Shown here: positions 25,436 to 35,332 of the stretch, one piece after another | How positions within the stretch are numbered: the stretch's first letter is position 1 | How the letters are laid out: each line of letters opens with the position of its first letter | NCBI RefSeq assembly: GCF_001598855.1 | Contig: NZ_BCZS01000012.1 | Span: 93,551 to 157,550 of the forward strand | Length of the DNA stretch: 64,000 bases | Direction: 5' to 3' | DNA from: Pluralibacter gergoviae ATCC 33028 = NBRC 105706 | GTDB lineage: Bacteria > Pseudomonadota > Gammaproteobacteria > Enterobacterales > Enterobacteriaceae | Notes under the pieces: model-generated | Told to the model about the DNA's origin: nothing | The model's input: only the letters and a program-made list of their open reading frames with translations | Databases searched by the model: none | Made by a program: the position numbers and the translations under genes

Positions 25436-26061
25436 TAGTAGTCCCTCAGTTCAGCCACTTCGCCGTCGGTCAGATAGCGAATGGCGCGGTCGCCGAGCGT
25501 GAACATCAGACGCGCGGTCTCTTCCAGTTCTTCAAGATTATCGGCGGCCTGGCGCAGGGACGTTCCCGTCACCACCGGGCCGTGGTTAGCCAGCAAAAAC
25601 GCGCGATGCCCGCCCGCCCGGCGGGCCAGCTCCTGCGCCAGCCGGATATCGCCGGGTTTGTAATAGGGCACCACCGGCACGTCGCCGACCCGCATCACCA
25701 CGTAGGGCGTAAAGGGCCGGATGCAGTTCTGCGTGTCCAGGCCCTCCAGGGAGGAGAGCGCCGTCAGATAGTGGCAGTGCAGGTGTACGACGGCCCGGCA
25801 CTGCGGGTTATTCAGGTACAGCTCCCGGTGAAAGGCGATCTCTTTCGACGGCTTATCGCCGCTGAGCCACTCGCCGCTGAGGGTCACTTTCGACAGCCGC
25901 TCCGGCGCCAGCTCGCCCAGGCAGGAGCCGGTGGGCGTCGCCAGCAGGGTGCCGTCCGCCAGCAGGACCGAGAGATTGCCCGCCGAGCCGGTGGCGTAGC
26001 CGCGCTGAAAGAAAGAGGCGCCGAGCCTGACCATCTCCTCCCTTGCCCGCTGTTCACTCAT
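25435..26061 (-). CDS. otnC: class II aldolase/adducin-family protein, 3-oxo-tetronate 4-phosphate decarboxylase-like (OtnC/YgbL-like)
   Basis: 208 aa, fuculose-phosphate-aldolase-like motifs (HxH metal site); 4-nt overlap with the upstream gene. Confidence 0.8.
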   Translation of the reverse strand: MSEQRAREEMVRLGASFFQRGYATGSAGNLSVLLADGTLLATPTGSCLGELAPERLSKVTLSGEWLSGDKPSKEIAFHRELYLNNPQCRAVVHLHCHYLTALSSLEGLDTQNCIRPFTPYVVMRVGDVPVVPYYKPGDIRLAQELARRAGGHRAFLLANHGPVVTGTSLRQAADNLEELEETARLMFTLGDRAIRYLTDGEVAELRDY

Positions 26062-27317
26062 GGCAAAAACTCCTGCTGGGCGCGGGCGAAGAACTGCTCA
26101 TCGCCGAAGTTACCGGACTTGAGGGCCAGCGACAGCGGCTGGTGAATGTCGCGCACCCAGGGCACGCCGGGCGAGATGGCCGGACCGATATGGAACGCCG
26201 TGACGCCCAGGGCCTGCGCCACCACGCCGGAGGTTTCGCCGCCCGCCACAATAAAGCGCTGCCAGCCGCGGTTTTTCAGCGCGCGGGCGACGGCGGCAAA
26301 CAGCTGCTCTACCGCCTCGCTGCTGCGGGCCGCGCCGTACTGCCGCTGGATGGCCTGCAGCTGCTGCGGATCGGCGGTGGCGTAGAGCAGCGGCGCCAGG
26401 GGCGACGCCGCGTTTGCCTCAACCCAGTCGCAGAGGGCGGCGGCATAGCCTGCGGCATCGGCGATGCAGCGCTCTACGTTCACCTCCTGCGCCGGGGCCT
26501 GCTGGCGGTAGGCCGCCACCTGCCGGTTGGTCATCGGCGAGCAGGAGCCGGAGAGCACCACCGCCCGCTCTCCCTGCGGCCAGCCTGCCTGCTGTGCATC
26601 GTTCCCCTGCCGCGCCGGGGCCCACGCCCGGGCGATGCCGAGCGCCAGCCCCGATCCGCCGGTCACCAGCCGCATTTGCTTCAGCGCTTCGCCCTGGGTC
26701 AGCAGGTGCCGCTCGTGGAGCGCATCGAGGACCGCGTAGCGAATGCCCTGCGCGCGCAGGTCGTCCAGCCGGGCAGCGACCACCGCCGCGCCCTTGTCCA
26801 GCTCTGCGGCGTCTATCACAGCCGCCCTGCCCTGCGCCTGGCGCTCCATCAGCCGCACCAGGCTGCTGTCGGTCATCGGCGTCACCGGATGGTGGCGCAT
26901 ACCCGACTCTGCCAGCAGCTGGTCGCCGACGAACAGGTAGCCGCGGTAGACAGTGCGGCCGTTGACCGGCAGCGCCGGAGAGATAACGGTCTGCGTTTCG
27001 CCCAGCGCCGCCAGCAGCGCGTCGGTCACCGGACCGATGTTGCCCTGCGCGGTGCTGTCGAAAGTAGAACAGTACTTGAAGTAAAAGCGGTCGCAGCCCT
27101 GCTGCTGCAGCCACTCCAGCGCCGCCAGCGACTGCGCAACGGCCTGCGCCGGCGGGCAGGAGCGCGACTTGAGGCTGATGACGATGGCCTGCGCGCTGAG
27201 CGGGCCGCTCTGCGTCGGGACGCCGCTGAACTGAATGGTGGACAGCCCGTTCTGCACCAGGAAGCTGGCGATGTCCGTGGCGCCGGTAAAATCGTCGGCG
27301 ATGACCCCTAAGCGCAT
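26058..27317 (-). CDS. otnK: four-carbon acid-sugar kinase, DUF1537/DUF4392 (OtnK/YgbK-like)
   Basis: 419 aa, MRLGVIADDFTGATD N-terminus typical of the DUF1537 kinase family. Confidence 0.8.
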   Translation of the reverse strand: MRLGVIADDFTGATDIASFLVQNGLSTIQFSGVPTQSGPLSAQAIVISLKSRSCPPAQAVAQSLAALEWLQQQGCDRFYFKYCSTFDSTAQGNIGPVTDALLAALGETQTVISPALPVNGRTVYRGYLFVGDQLLAESGMRHHPVTPMTDSSLVRLMERQAQGRAAVIDAAELDKGAAVVAARLDDLRAQGIRYAVLDALHERHLLTQGEALKQMRLVTGGSGLALGIARAWAPARQGNDAQQAGWPQGERAVVLSGSCSPMTNRQVAAYRQQAPAQEVNVERCIADAAGYAAALCDWVEANAASPLAPLLYATADPQQLQAIQRQYGAARSSEAVEQLFAAVARALKNRGWQRFIVAGGETSGVVAQALGVTAFHIGPAISPGVPWVRDIHQPLSLALKSGNFGDEQFFARAQQEFLP

Positions 27318-27319
27318 GG

Positions 27320-28225
27320 CTATTTCTCCCCGCCGGGCAGCGTGATACCGCTGAAAATTTTGATCACCGCGCTGTCGTCCTCGCGGCCGTATCCGGCGTT
27401 GCTGGCTTCGGTGAACATGTTCAGCGCGGTGGAGGCCAGGGGCAGCGGGAAGTGCAGCGACTTCGCCGTTTCGGCCACCAGATTGAGATCTTTAACGAAG
27501 ATATCGACCGCCGATTTCGGCGAGTAGTCGCCGTCCACCACGTGGCGCATGCGGTTTTCGAACATCCACGAATTGCCGGCGGCATTGGTCACCACGTCAT
27601 ACATGGTCTCCAGCGGAATGCCCGCCCGGACGGCCAGCGCCATCGCCTCCGCGCCGGCGGCGATGTGTACACCCGCCAGCAGCTGGTGAATAATTTTCAC
27701 CGTCGCCCCGAGGCCGATTTTATCGCCGACGCGATAGACCTTCGCCGCGACGGCATCCAGCACCGGCTGCAGGCGGGCGAAGGCGTCATCGCTGCCGGCG
27801 GCCATCACCGTCATCTCGCCGAGGGCCGCTTTCGCCGCGCCGCCGGAGACCGGGGCATCCAGCATCAGCAGCTGATGCTCCGCGAGCCGCTGCGCGATGG
27901 CCTGCGCGTCCTGCGCGGAAATGGTGGAGGAGACCATCACCGCCGTGCCGGGCCTCAGCCGCGCCGCCAGCCCCTCTTCGCCGAACAGGATCGCGTTGAC
28001 CTGGGCGGCGTTAACCACCAGCAGTACAACCGCCTCCAGCTCGCCGGCGAACGCGGCGGCGGAGGGCTGCGCATCGCGCGCCCCCGCCTTGCGAAGGGTT
28101 TCCAGCGCCTGGGGATTCAGATCCGCCCCCCAGGTGTTCAGCCCGGCGCGAATGCAGGACTGCGCGGCGCCCATGCCCATAGAGCCTAATCCAATAATGC
28201 CAACGTTGTTAACGGGTGCTGACAC
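27320..28225 (-). CDS. ltnD: 3-hydroxyisobutyrate-dehydrogenase-family NAD-dependent dehydrogenase, L-threonate/D-erythronate dehydrogenase-like (LtnD/YgbJ-like)
   Basis: 301 aa, GxGxMG Rossmann motif at the N-terminus; first gene of the operon. Confidence 0.8.
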   Translation of the reverse strand: MSAPVNNVGIIGLGSMGMGAAQSCIRAGLNTWGADLNPQALETLRKAGARDAQPSAAAFAGELEAVVLLVVNAAQVNAILFGEEGLAARLRPGTAVMVSSTISAQDAQAIAQRLAEHQLLMLDAPVSGGAAKAALGEMTVMAAGSDDAFARLQPVLDAVAAKVYRVGDKIGLGATVKIIHQLLAGVHIAAGAEAMALAVRAGIPLETMYDVVTNAAGNSWMFENRMRHVVDGDYSPKSAVDIFVKDLNLVAETAKSLHFPLPLASTALNMFTEASNAGYGREDDSAVIKIFSGITLPGGEK

Positions 28226-28426
28226 GGCAGACCTCCAGTGTTAATTTAAGTGATAATTTGTTCCGATAGGTTAACTTTGCCGCAATGGCGGGCAGATAAA
28301 CGTGCTGATAATCACAAAAATTAACTTATCACAGTCGAAAATAACAGATATTCACATGCTGGCGGCTCCCACCGGCGGCAAAAAGCGTGCTGTAGGCGGC
28401 AGGCCGATGATCTACAATGTGAAAAA

Positions 28427-29230
28427 ATGATAAAGAGAGCGGCTATGATCCCAACCGAGCGACATCAAAAAATTTTAGCCCTGGTGGCGGAGCGCGGCGT
28501 CATCAGCATCAGCGAGCTGACCGAGCGCCTGGGCGTCTCGCACATGACCATTCGCCGCGACGTGCAGAAGCTTGAGGAGCAAGGGGCCCTGCTGTCGGTG
28601 TCCGGCGGCGTGCGATCGACAGACCGCCTGGCGGCAGAGCCGACGCATCTGGCGAAAACCGGCATGTACAGCGAGGAAAAAACGGCGATTGGCCGCTGCG
28701 CCGCCCGTTACATCCCGCGCAACAGCTGTATCTATCTCGACGCCGGGACCACGACGCTGGCGCTGGCCCGCGAGCTGCTGGAGCGCGACGATCTGCTGGT
28801 GGTCACCAACGACTTCGCGATCGCCGGCCTGCTGATGGAGAGCAGCCGCTGCCGCCTGATCCACATCGGCGGCACCGTCTGCCGGGAGAACTGCTCCACC
28901 GTCGGCGAATCCGCCGCCCGCAGCCTGCGCCAGCTGGCGATCGATATCGCCTTTATCTCCGCCTCCTGCTGGGGGCCGCGCGGGCTGTTTACTCCGGATG
29001 AGGAGAAGGTGCCGGTCAAGCAGGCGGCAAGCGGCGTCAGCAGCAAGCGGGTGCTGCTGAGCGACAGCTCGAAGTACAACAAGATAGCGACCCATCTGGC
29101 GCTGCCGCTGACGCAGTTCGATATGCTGATTACCGACGCCGGACTGAGTAAGAGCGGACGCGAGGTGCTGGAGGGTGAGCGCTGGGCGCTGGTGATTGCG
29201 GCGGCGGTTTCAGAGAGCGGCGCCTCCTGA
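28427..29230 (+). CDS. DeoR-family transcriptional regulator (YgbI-like), divergent from the ltnD operon
   Basis: N-terminal HTH (ISISELTERLGVSHMTIRRDV) plus DeoR C-terminal sugar-phosphate-binding domain. Confidence 0.85.
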   Translation: MIKRAAMIPTERHQKILALVAERGVISISELTERLGVSHMTIRRDVQKLEEQGALLSVSGGVRSTDRLAAEPTHLAKTGMYSEEKTAIGRCAARYIPRNSCIYLDAGTTTLALARELLERDDLLVVTNDFAIAGLLMESSRCRLIHIGGTVCRENCSTVGESAARSLRQLAIDIAFISASCWGPRGLFTPDEEKVPVKQAASGVSSKRVLLSDSSKYNKIATHLALPLTQFDMLITDAGLSKSGREVLEGERWALVIAAAVSESGAS

Positions 29231-29253
29231 AGACGCCGCGCCCGCAGCAAACG

Positions 29254-29733
29254 CTATTCGGGTATCGCGATCCCCAGCATCTCGCCCAGAGTGGCAATCA
29301 CCAGGCAGTGATCGTCGCGCTGGGGCGCGCCGGATACCGTGACGCTGCCCGCCATTGTCCCATCAGTCAGGTAAAGCGGATAGCCGCCGCCAAAGGCGGC
29401 ATAATCGCGGCTGTCCAGGCCGTAGCGCTCCGCAAGCGTGGTCTGCCGCTCCTGCAGCATCAGCCCGGCGGCCCACGAACTGATACCGAGAAAATCAACC
29501 AGGTTACGCTTGCGGCGAACCCAGTCCTGATTTTCGGCGCAGGCGCCGGGCATCAGGGCGCTGAACAGGCAAAGGTGATTGACGCGGATCTCAATGGCCA
29601 GCGCAAAGTCGCGTCCGGCCGCATTGTGATACAAGGACTGGCCGAGCGCCCAGGCCTGCGCGGCGCCGAATGCGGGGAAGCGCAACATGGCCTGATGCTC
29701 CCGGCAGACGGCGAGCTGCCGTTCAGTATTCAC
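29254..29733 (-). CDS. UPF0303 (DUF336/GlcG-like) family protein
   Basis: 159 aa; FGGGYP and QRDDH motifs match the UPF0303 family. Confidence 0.7.
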   Translation of the reverse strand: MNTERQLAVCREHQAMLRFPAFGAAQAWALGQSLYHNAAGRDFALAIEIRVNHLCLFSALMPGACAENQDWVRRKRNLVDFLGISSWAAGLMLQERQTTLAERYGLDSRDYAAFGGGYPLYLTDGTMAGSVTVSGAPQRDDHCLVIATLGEMLGIAIPE

Positions 29734-31058
29734 AGGCCCCTCCCGCTTTTAAGCGCTGCCGATGCCGGCTTTCCCGCTTTTGCGGTTTTATCCGCAGACA
29801 CCAGATCGCACTTCGCCGGCAGGAAGAAGGTGATTGTCCCGGCGATAATCAGCGAGCCCGCCAGGGCGCAGATCGCCACATTCTGCCCGTAAAAGTAGAT
29901 CATCACGCCGACCAGGTAAGGCCCGCAGAAGCCACCCAGGTTGCCCAGGCCATTGATAGCGCCGCGCGCACTGCCCGCCACTTCCGGCGAGGCGATGCGG
30001 CCCGGCATCGACCAGAACGGGCTGGTCGCCGCTTTGAGGAAGAAGCCGCACATCACCAGCGCAATGTAGGCGGCGACAATGTGCTCCTTAAGCAGAACCG
30101 AGGCCAGCAGACATCCGGCGAAGCAGTAGAGCGAAAGCCGCACCATCGCCCGCCGCCTGCCGGTGCGATCGCTGAGCAGGGAGATGACGTAGATCCCGGC
30201 GAGGGTCGCGACAAAGGGCAGGATAGCCAGTGCGCCGACGCCCGCCATATTGGCCCCGGTCAGGTTTTTAAGGATCGTCGGCAGCCACAGCGTGTAGCCG
30301 TAGTCGCCGGTCTGATAAAAGAAGTTAAGGACGATAAGCTTCAGCAGGCCGGAGTTGCGGAAGACCTCTTTGATGGAGGCGCTGGCGACCGGCGGGTTCT
30401 CTCTCAGCCGCGCCTCACGCTCCTGATTAAGCGTCGTCACCAGATACTCGCGCTCGCTCGCCGGCAGCCAGTGCGCCTCTTCCGGCCTGTCACTTATCAA
30501 AAACCACCAGATAAAGAGCACCACAAACGAAAGCAGCCCCTCGATAATAAACAGCCAGCGCCAGTCAAAGGCGGCGATGATGGCGCCCGATACCGGCGCC
30601 GTCAGCATCCCGCCCAGCGGAGCGAACATCATCACAAAAGCGTTGGCGCGGCCAATCTCCTTCTCAGGAAACCAGTTGCTGACCATGGTCAGCACCACCG
30701 GCAGCATGCCGCCCTCGGCGACGCCGAGAATAAAGCGCAGCGCCAGCAGCTGATATTCGTGGGTGACGAAGCCGGTTGCCACCGAAACCACCGCCCACGC
30801 CACCAGCGACCAGGCAATAAAGCGCTTGCCGCTGCCGTTAACCGCAATGCGCCCACCGGGAATTTGCAGAAAAAGGTAGCCGATAAAGAAAATGCCGCTG
30901 GCGACGCCCGCCATCTGGCTGGTAATCCCCAGATCGGACTCCATACCGCCGGGGAGGGCGAAGCTAATATTCACCCTGTCCATAAAGGAAATAATGCAGG
31001 CAATCAGCACCGGGGCAATAATGCGCCACCAGCGGGTGCCGGGTATTTTAGTATTCAT
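29730..31058 (-). CDS. MFS transporter, anion:cation symporter type (acid-sugar permease); ATG at 31056-31058 with GAGGAAACAGG RBS
   Basis: 12-TM MFS topology; the track ORF begins at an upstream TTG. Confidence 0.85.
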   Translation of the reverse strand: MNTKIPGTRWWRIIAPVLIACIISFMDRVNISFALPGGMESDLGITSQMAGVASGIFFIGYLFLQIPGGRIAVNGSGKRFIAWSLVAWAVVSVATGFVTHEYQLLALRFILGVAEGGMLPVVLTMVSNWFPEKEIGRANAFVMMFAPLGGMLTAPVSGAIIAAFDWRWLFIIEGLLSFVVLFIWWFLISDRPEEAHWLPASEREYLVTTLNQEREARLRENPPVASASIKEVFRNSGLLKLIVLNFFYQTGDYGYTLWLPTILKNLTGANMAGVGALAILPFVATLAGIYVISLLSDRTGRRRAMVRLSLYCFAGCLLASVLLKEHIVAAYIALVMCGFFLKAATSPFWSMPGRIASPEVAGSARGAINGLGNLGGFCGPYLVGVMIYFYGQNVAICALAGSLIIAGTITFFLPAKCDLVSADKTAKAGKPASAALKSGRGL

Positions 31059-31099
31059 CCTGTTTCCTCTGTGCAATAAGACAGAAACGACGCAGCTAA

Positions 31100-32050
31100 T
31101 CAGATAATTTGGTTAGGTAAGGGACGCCGGGAAAAATAAGCCTCAACGTTGGCAAACACCACATTGCTCATATTCTGCCGCGTTTCGCGGGTGGCGCTGG
31201 CGACGTGCGGCTGAAGTACGACGTTGTCGAGCGCCATTAATGCCGCTGGGACATTCGGTTCATCTTCGTAGACGTCAAGCGCCGCGCCGGCAATGGTCTT
31301 ATTCTGCAGCGCCTGAATAAGCGCGGCCTCATCAATCAGCGATCCGCGGGCGATATTAATCAGCCAGGCGTGCGCCGGCATGACCTCAAAGACATTCGCA
31401 TTTATCAGCCTGCGGTTTTCCGCGCTGCCTGAGGCGGCGATAACCAGAAAGTCGCTTTCGCGGGCAAGGGCGTGCAGGCTGCTGCACCACTGATAGTCCA
31501 GCTGCGGATTTGGATTGCGGTCGTGATAGAGGATCTGCATATCAAAGCCGCTGGCGCGCCGGGCAATCGCCTGCCCAATGTTGCCCATACCGAGAATGCC
31601 GATGCGCTTGCCGCTGACCTGGGTCGCCAGCGGCAGCGTCGAGTTTAACCAGCGCCCCTCGCGCACAAAGCGGTCGCCGAGGCACAGCTGCCGCGCGCCC
31701 GCCAGCAGCAGGCCCATCGCCAGGTCCGCTACGCCCTGGGTCAGAACGCCGGAGGTAATGGTCACCGCAATGTCGCGGGAACGGGCATACGGCAGATCCA
31801 CGGCGTCGGTGCCGACACCGAAGATGGCGATGAGTCCGACACGGGGAAGCGCGTCCAGTACGGCACGGGTGACGCCGATATCGCCGCGCGTCACCACGAC
31901 CTGCACCCGGTCGCCGACGCGCTGTAAAAAGTCGTCCGGATCCTCCTGCTGGTCGTAGAGCCGGTAGACGGTATACGCCGCAGAGAGGCGCGTTATGAGG
32001 TCGTCAACCACGGGAGCAATCAGGAGTACAGCCTGGGTGTCATTAGTCAT
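31100..32050 (-). CDS. D-isomer-specific 2-hydroxyacid dehydrogenase (2-ketogluconate/glyoxylate reductase-like)
   Basis: 316 aa, GxGxxG NAD site, catalytic R/E/H triad region conserved. Confidence 0.85.
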   Translation of the reverse strand: MTNDTQAVLLIAPVVDDLITRLSAAYTVYRLYDQQEDPDDFLQRVGDRVQVVVTRGDIGVTRAVLDALPRVGLIAIFGVGTDAVDLPYARSRDIAVTITSGVLTQGVADLAMGLLLAGARQLCLGDRFVREGRWLNSTLPLATQVSGKRIGILGMGNIGQAIARRASGFDMQILYHDRNPNPQLDYQWCSSLHALARESDFLVIAASGSAENRRLINANVFEVMPAHAWLINIARGSLIDEAALIQALQNKTIAGAALDVYEDEPNVPAALMALDNVVLQPHVASATRETRQNMSNVVFANVEAYFSRRPLPNQII

Positions 32051-32194
32051 AGGGAGATCCGTTTGAGCATGTAAGAACGTTATTTACGTCTTATCAAACG
32101 GGTTTTGGGCAGTTCGTTTTGCGACCTGCATCACACTGAATCGTGTTAAAAAAACGTGTTACAGGCTTCGTGATCGGCGCAGAATAATCGCGGG

Positions 32195-33187
32195 CTAAAT
32201 AGTTTCGCCCATTGAAAGACGGTAGTGAAGATCGACGTGTTCGATGGTCGGCAATCCGTTGATTTTCTTTATGATAATCTCCGTAGCCACTTTTCCCATC
32301 TCATAGCGGGGCGTCAGCACGCTCGCCAGTCTGGGCGTCGTCACCTGGCCGATCTCCAGGCCGTGAAAGCCGGCAATGGCCATTTGCGACGGGACGCTGA
32401 TACCGCGCGCCAGGCACTCCTGCAGAACGCCAACGGCCAGATCGTCGTTGGTGCAGAGGATGCCGTCCATATCGGCATACATCTGCCGCGCGAGGGTCAT
32501 CATGCCCGCGCCGATTGAAATCGACGAGACTTTATTCGGCGAGATGCGCCCGACGGGCATCCCCTGCTCCGCCATCGCCCGGCAGTAGCCGGCATAGCGC
32601 TGTTCATCGCGGATATCTGACATTGAGCCAAAGTAGATGATGCGCTTTTTGCCGCTGGCCAGCAGCATAGTGGTCATATCAAAGCCGGCCTTATCATTGT
32701 CAAAGCCGACGTTGATCCTGTCCGGCGTGTCCGACAGGCCCATAATTTCCGCAATCGGGATTTTTGCCGCTTTAAGGAATTTTTCCGCCCGCAGGCTGTG
32801 GACCGACTCGGTGAGCAGCAGACCTTTGATCTTAAAGGCAAGCACGGCCGCGATTTGCTCCTCTTCCCGCTGGCTATCGTAATCATAATTCACCACCAGC
32901 GTCCGGTAGCCGTTGGCGGACGTCACGGACTCAATGCCCGCCAGCACGTCGGCAAAAATTTGATTATGAAAGGAGGGGATCAATACGCCGATGCGCGGCT
33001 GGCCGCTGGCAAATACCGCCGCATTATCGGGATCGGGCCGGTAGCCCACTTCGGCAATAACGCTGGCGATACGCTCGGCGGTATCGGGCCGGACCTGCTC
33101 CGGCGTGCGCAGATAGCGGCTGACCGTCATCTTTGTTACGCCAGCCAGGGTAGCGATATCACTTAAGGTAATGCGGTGTGCTTTCAC
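32195..33187 (-). CDS. LacI-family regulator, IdnR/GntR-like; GTG start at 33185-33187
   Basis: ITLSDIATLAGVTKMTVSRYLR...IPSFHNQIFADVLAGIESV closely resembles E. coli IdnR. Confidence 0.85.
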   Translation of the reverse strand: MKAHRITLSDIATLAGVTKMTVSRYLRTPEQVRPDTAERIASVIAEVGYRPDPDNAAVFASGQPRIGVLIPSFHNQIFADVLAGIESVTSANGYRTLVVNYDYDSQREEEQIAAVLAFKIKGLLLTESVHSLRAEKFLKAAKIPIAEIMGLSDTPDRINVGFDNDKAGFDMTTMLLASGKKRIIYFGSMSDIRDEQRYAGYCRAMAEQGMPVGRISPNKVSSISIGAGMMTLARQMYADMDGILCTNDDLAVGVLQECLARGISVPSQMAIAGFHGLEIGQVTTPRLASVLTPRYEMGKVATEIIIKKINGLPTIEHVDLHYRLSMGETI

Positions 33188-33414
33188 TATTAACCCCCGC
33201 CGGACGCCAGTCTGAGTCGGACATTATGCCCTCTGCGTCAGCAAAAGAGAACGCATGTCAGTGCGCCGGGGACGGCAGTAACCTGCCCGATTGCCGCCAG
33301 CATCACACTAAAAGTAACCCCTTTTTGTAACATGGATTCTGGTGATCTGCATCACAGTTCATCGCCCCTAAAAACCGTGAGATAGGTAATACATTACCGT
33401 TTCAGGAAAGCACC

Positions 33415-34179
33415 ATGACGAATCTTTTTGACTTGCAGGGTCAGCGTATATTAATCACCGGCGCCGGTCAGGGTATTGGCTTTATTCTGGCTCAGGGGCT
33501 GGCGAAATATGGCGCGGAAATCGTGATTAACGACGTTTCGGCAGAGCGCGCCGGACAGGCCGCGATGAAATTACGCGATGAAGGCGCGACGGTCTGGACC
33601 GCAATATTTGATGTCACGGACAGCGACGCCGTCGAGCAGGCGATTAACGATATCGAAATCAATATCGGGGCGATCGATGTCTTATTTAATAATGCCGGCA
33701 TTCAGCGGCGTCATCCTTTTACCGAATTTCCGGTGGCGGAGTGGAATGCGGTGATCGCCGTCAATCAGACGGCCGTATTCCTGGTATCCCAGGCGGTCGC
33801 CAGACGCATGGTGACGCGCAAAAAAGGCAAAATCGTCAATATTGGCTCGATGCAGAGCGAGCTTGGCCGCGACACCATTACGCCCTACGCCGCCGCTAAA
33901 GGCGCGGTAAAAATGCTCACCCGCGGCATGTGCGTTGAGCTGGCGCGCCACAATATTCAGGTCAACGGCATCGCACCGGGCTACTTTAAAACCGCAATGA
34001 CCCAAACGCTGGTGGACGATAAAGCCTTTACCGACTGGCTGTGTAAGCGGACGCCGGCTGCGCGCTGGGGCGATCCGCAGGAGCTGGTGGGCGCCGCGGT
34101 GTTCCTTTCATCCAAAGCCTCTGATTTCGTTAACGGCCATCTACTGTTTGTTGACGGCGGCATGCTGGCGGCGGTGTAA
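33415..34179 (+). CDS. idnO: 5-keto-D-gluconate 5-reductase (gluconate 5-dehydrogenase), SDR family
   Basis: 254 aa, near-identical over the C-terminal half to E. coli IdnO (CKRTPAARWGDPQELVGAAVFLSSKASDFVNGHLLFVDGGML). Confidence 0.88.
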   Translation: MTNLFDLQGQRILITGAGQGIGFILAQGLAKYGAEIVINDVSAERAGQAAMKLRDEGATVWTAIFDVTDSDAVEQAINDIEINIGAIDVLFNNAGIQRRHPFTEFPVAEWNAVIAVNQTAVFLVSQAVARRMVTRKKGKIVNIGSMQSELGRDTITPYAAAKGAVKMLTRGMCVELARHNIQVNGIAPGYFKTAMTQTLVDDKAFTDWLCKRTPAARWGDPQELVGAAVFLSSKASDFVNGHLLFVDGGMLAAV

Positions 34180-34189
34180 GGAGCGCAAA

Positions 34190-34720
34190 ATGGCAGGACA
34201 GTGCATTATTTTAATGGGCGTTTCCGGCACCGGTAAATCCACCGTGGGACTGGCCCTTGCCGGCGCAATGCGGGCGAAATTTATCGATGGCGATGACCTT
34301 CACCCGCGAAATAACATCCGCAAAATGGGCGCCGGAGAAGCGTTGAACGACGACGATCGCGCCCCGTGGCTGGAGCGGCTTGCCGATGTGATCTTTAGCC
34401 TTGAGCAGAAAAATGAGTTGGGCGTGCTGGTTTGCTCGTCGCTCAAGCGGCGCTACCGCGACCGGTTGCGCGAGGGCAATCCCAACGTCCGCTTTCTGTG
34501 GCTCAAAGGCGACTACGCCTGCGTGCTGGACAGGATGCAGCGCCGCAAGGGGCACTTTATGCCGGAAGCGCTGCTGAAGAGCCAGTTCGCCGCGCTGGAG
34601 ACGCCCGCAGAGGATGAAACGGACGTCATCGCCGTCGATATTACACCGCCGGTGGAGGCCATCGTGACCACAAGCCTCGACCTGCTCCAATACGCCGCTG
34701 CCCGGAGGGAGCCAGCATGA
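34190..34720 (+). CDS. idnK: gluconokinase (IdnK/GntK family); ATG at 34190 with AAGGAG RBS
   Basis: P-loop GVSGTGKST, about 176 aa; the track ORF has a 14-codon upstream extension. Confidence 0.88.
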   Translation: MAGQCIILMGVSGTGKSTVGLALAGAMRAKFIDGDDLHPRNNIRKMGAGEALNDDDRAPWLERLADVIFSLEQKNELGVLVCSSLKRRYRDRLREGNPNVRFLWLKGDYACVLDRMQRRKGHFMPEALLKSQFAALETPAEDETDVIAVDITPPVEAIVTTSLDLLQYAAARREPA

Positions 34721-35190
34721 TTATTGATACGTTATCTGCGGGTGCCGCCAACCCGCTCTATCCGCCCGTAATTCGCCGCACCCTGCAGGCCATCATTGAC
34801 ATGAAGCCGGACACGCTGCCTGCCGGTAAATATCCGCTGCAGGGCGATACGGTCTTCTTTTCCGTCAACGAGGGGCAGACGCGCCCGCATCAGGAGCAGC
34901 GGCCGGAGTTTCACCGCCAGTACCTTGATATCCACATTGTCCTCGCCGGAGAAGAGATCATCGGCGCGGCGCCTCAGGGCCAGCCGCTGCATCAGAGCGA
35001 GCCGTTCAACGATGCTTTCGATCTGGGCTTCTGCACCGGTATCAGCGGCGAAACGCTGATCCACCTGGCGCCGGGATCGCTTGCCATCATCTTCCCGCAG
35101 GAGCTGCATCGCCCGATGTGCGCCACAGGCGCGCCTGCGGCGATCCGCAAAATTGTGGTAAAGATTGATTGCGTGCTATTACGCGCCTGA
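34717..35190 (+). CDS. YhcH/YjgK/YiaL (DUF386) family protein; 4-nt overlap with idnK
   Basis: 157 aa, family-level similarity only. Confidence 0.7.
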   Translation: MIIDTLSAGAANPLYPPVIRRTLQAIIDMKPDTLPAGKYPLQGDTVFFSVNEGQTRPHQEQRPEFHRQYLDIHIVLAGEEIIGAAPQGQPLHQSEPFNDAFDLGFCTGISGETLIHLAPGSLAIIFPQELHRPMCATGAPAAIRKIVVKIDCVLLRA

Positions 35191-35332
35191 CCCGCTCCGA
35201 ACAGCCTCACCGGCATGATGAGGCCTGTCCGAAGAGATTTCAGTCCTTTCCTCATTGCCCCACCCGACTATTTTACCTAACCTCAAGAGGTCCGGAACAA
35301 TTGTTCCTCAGCATCAACTTCAGGAGGTTAGG

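Noticed and set aside
26043-27311. 422-aa plus-strand ORF and several Pro/Ala/Arg-rich ORFs (26414-27114) inside otnK
   Set aside because: Shadow ORFs opposite or out of frame with a well-supported DUF1537 kinase gene
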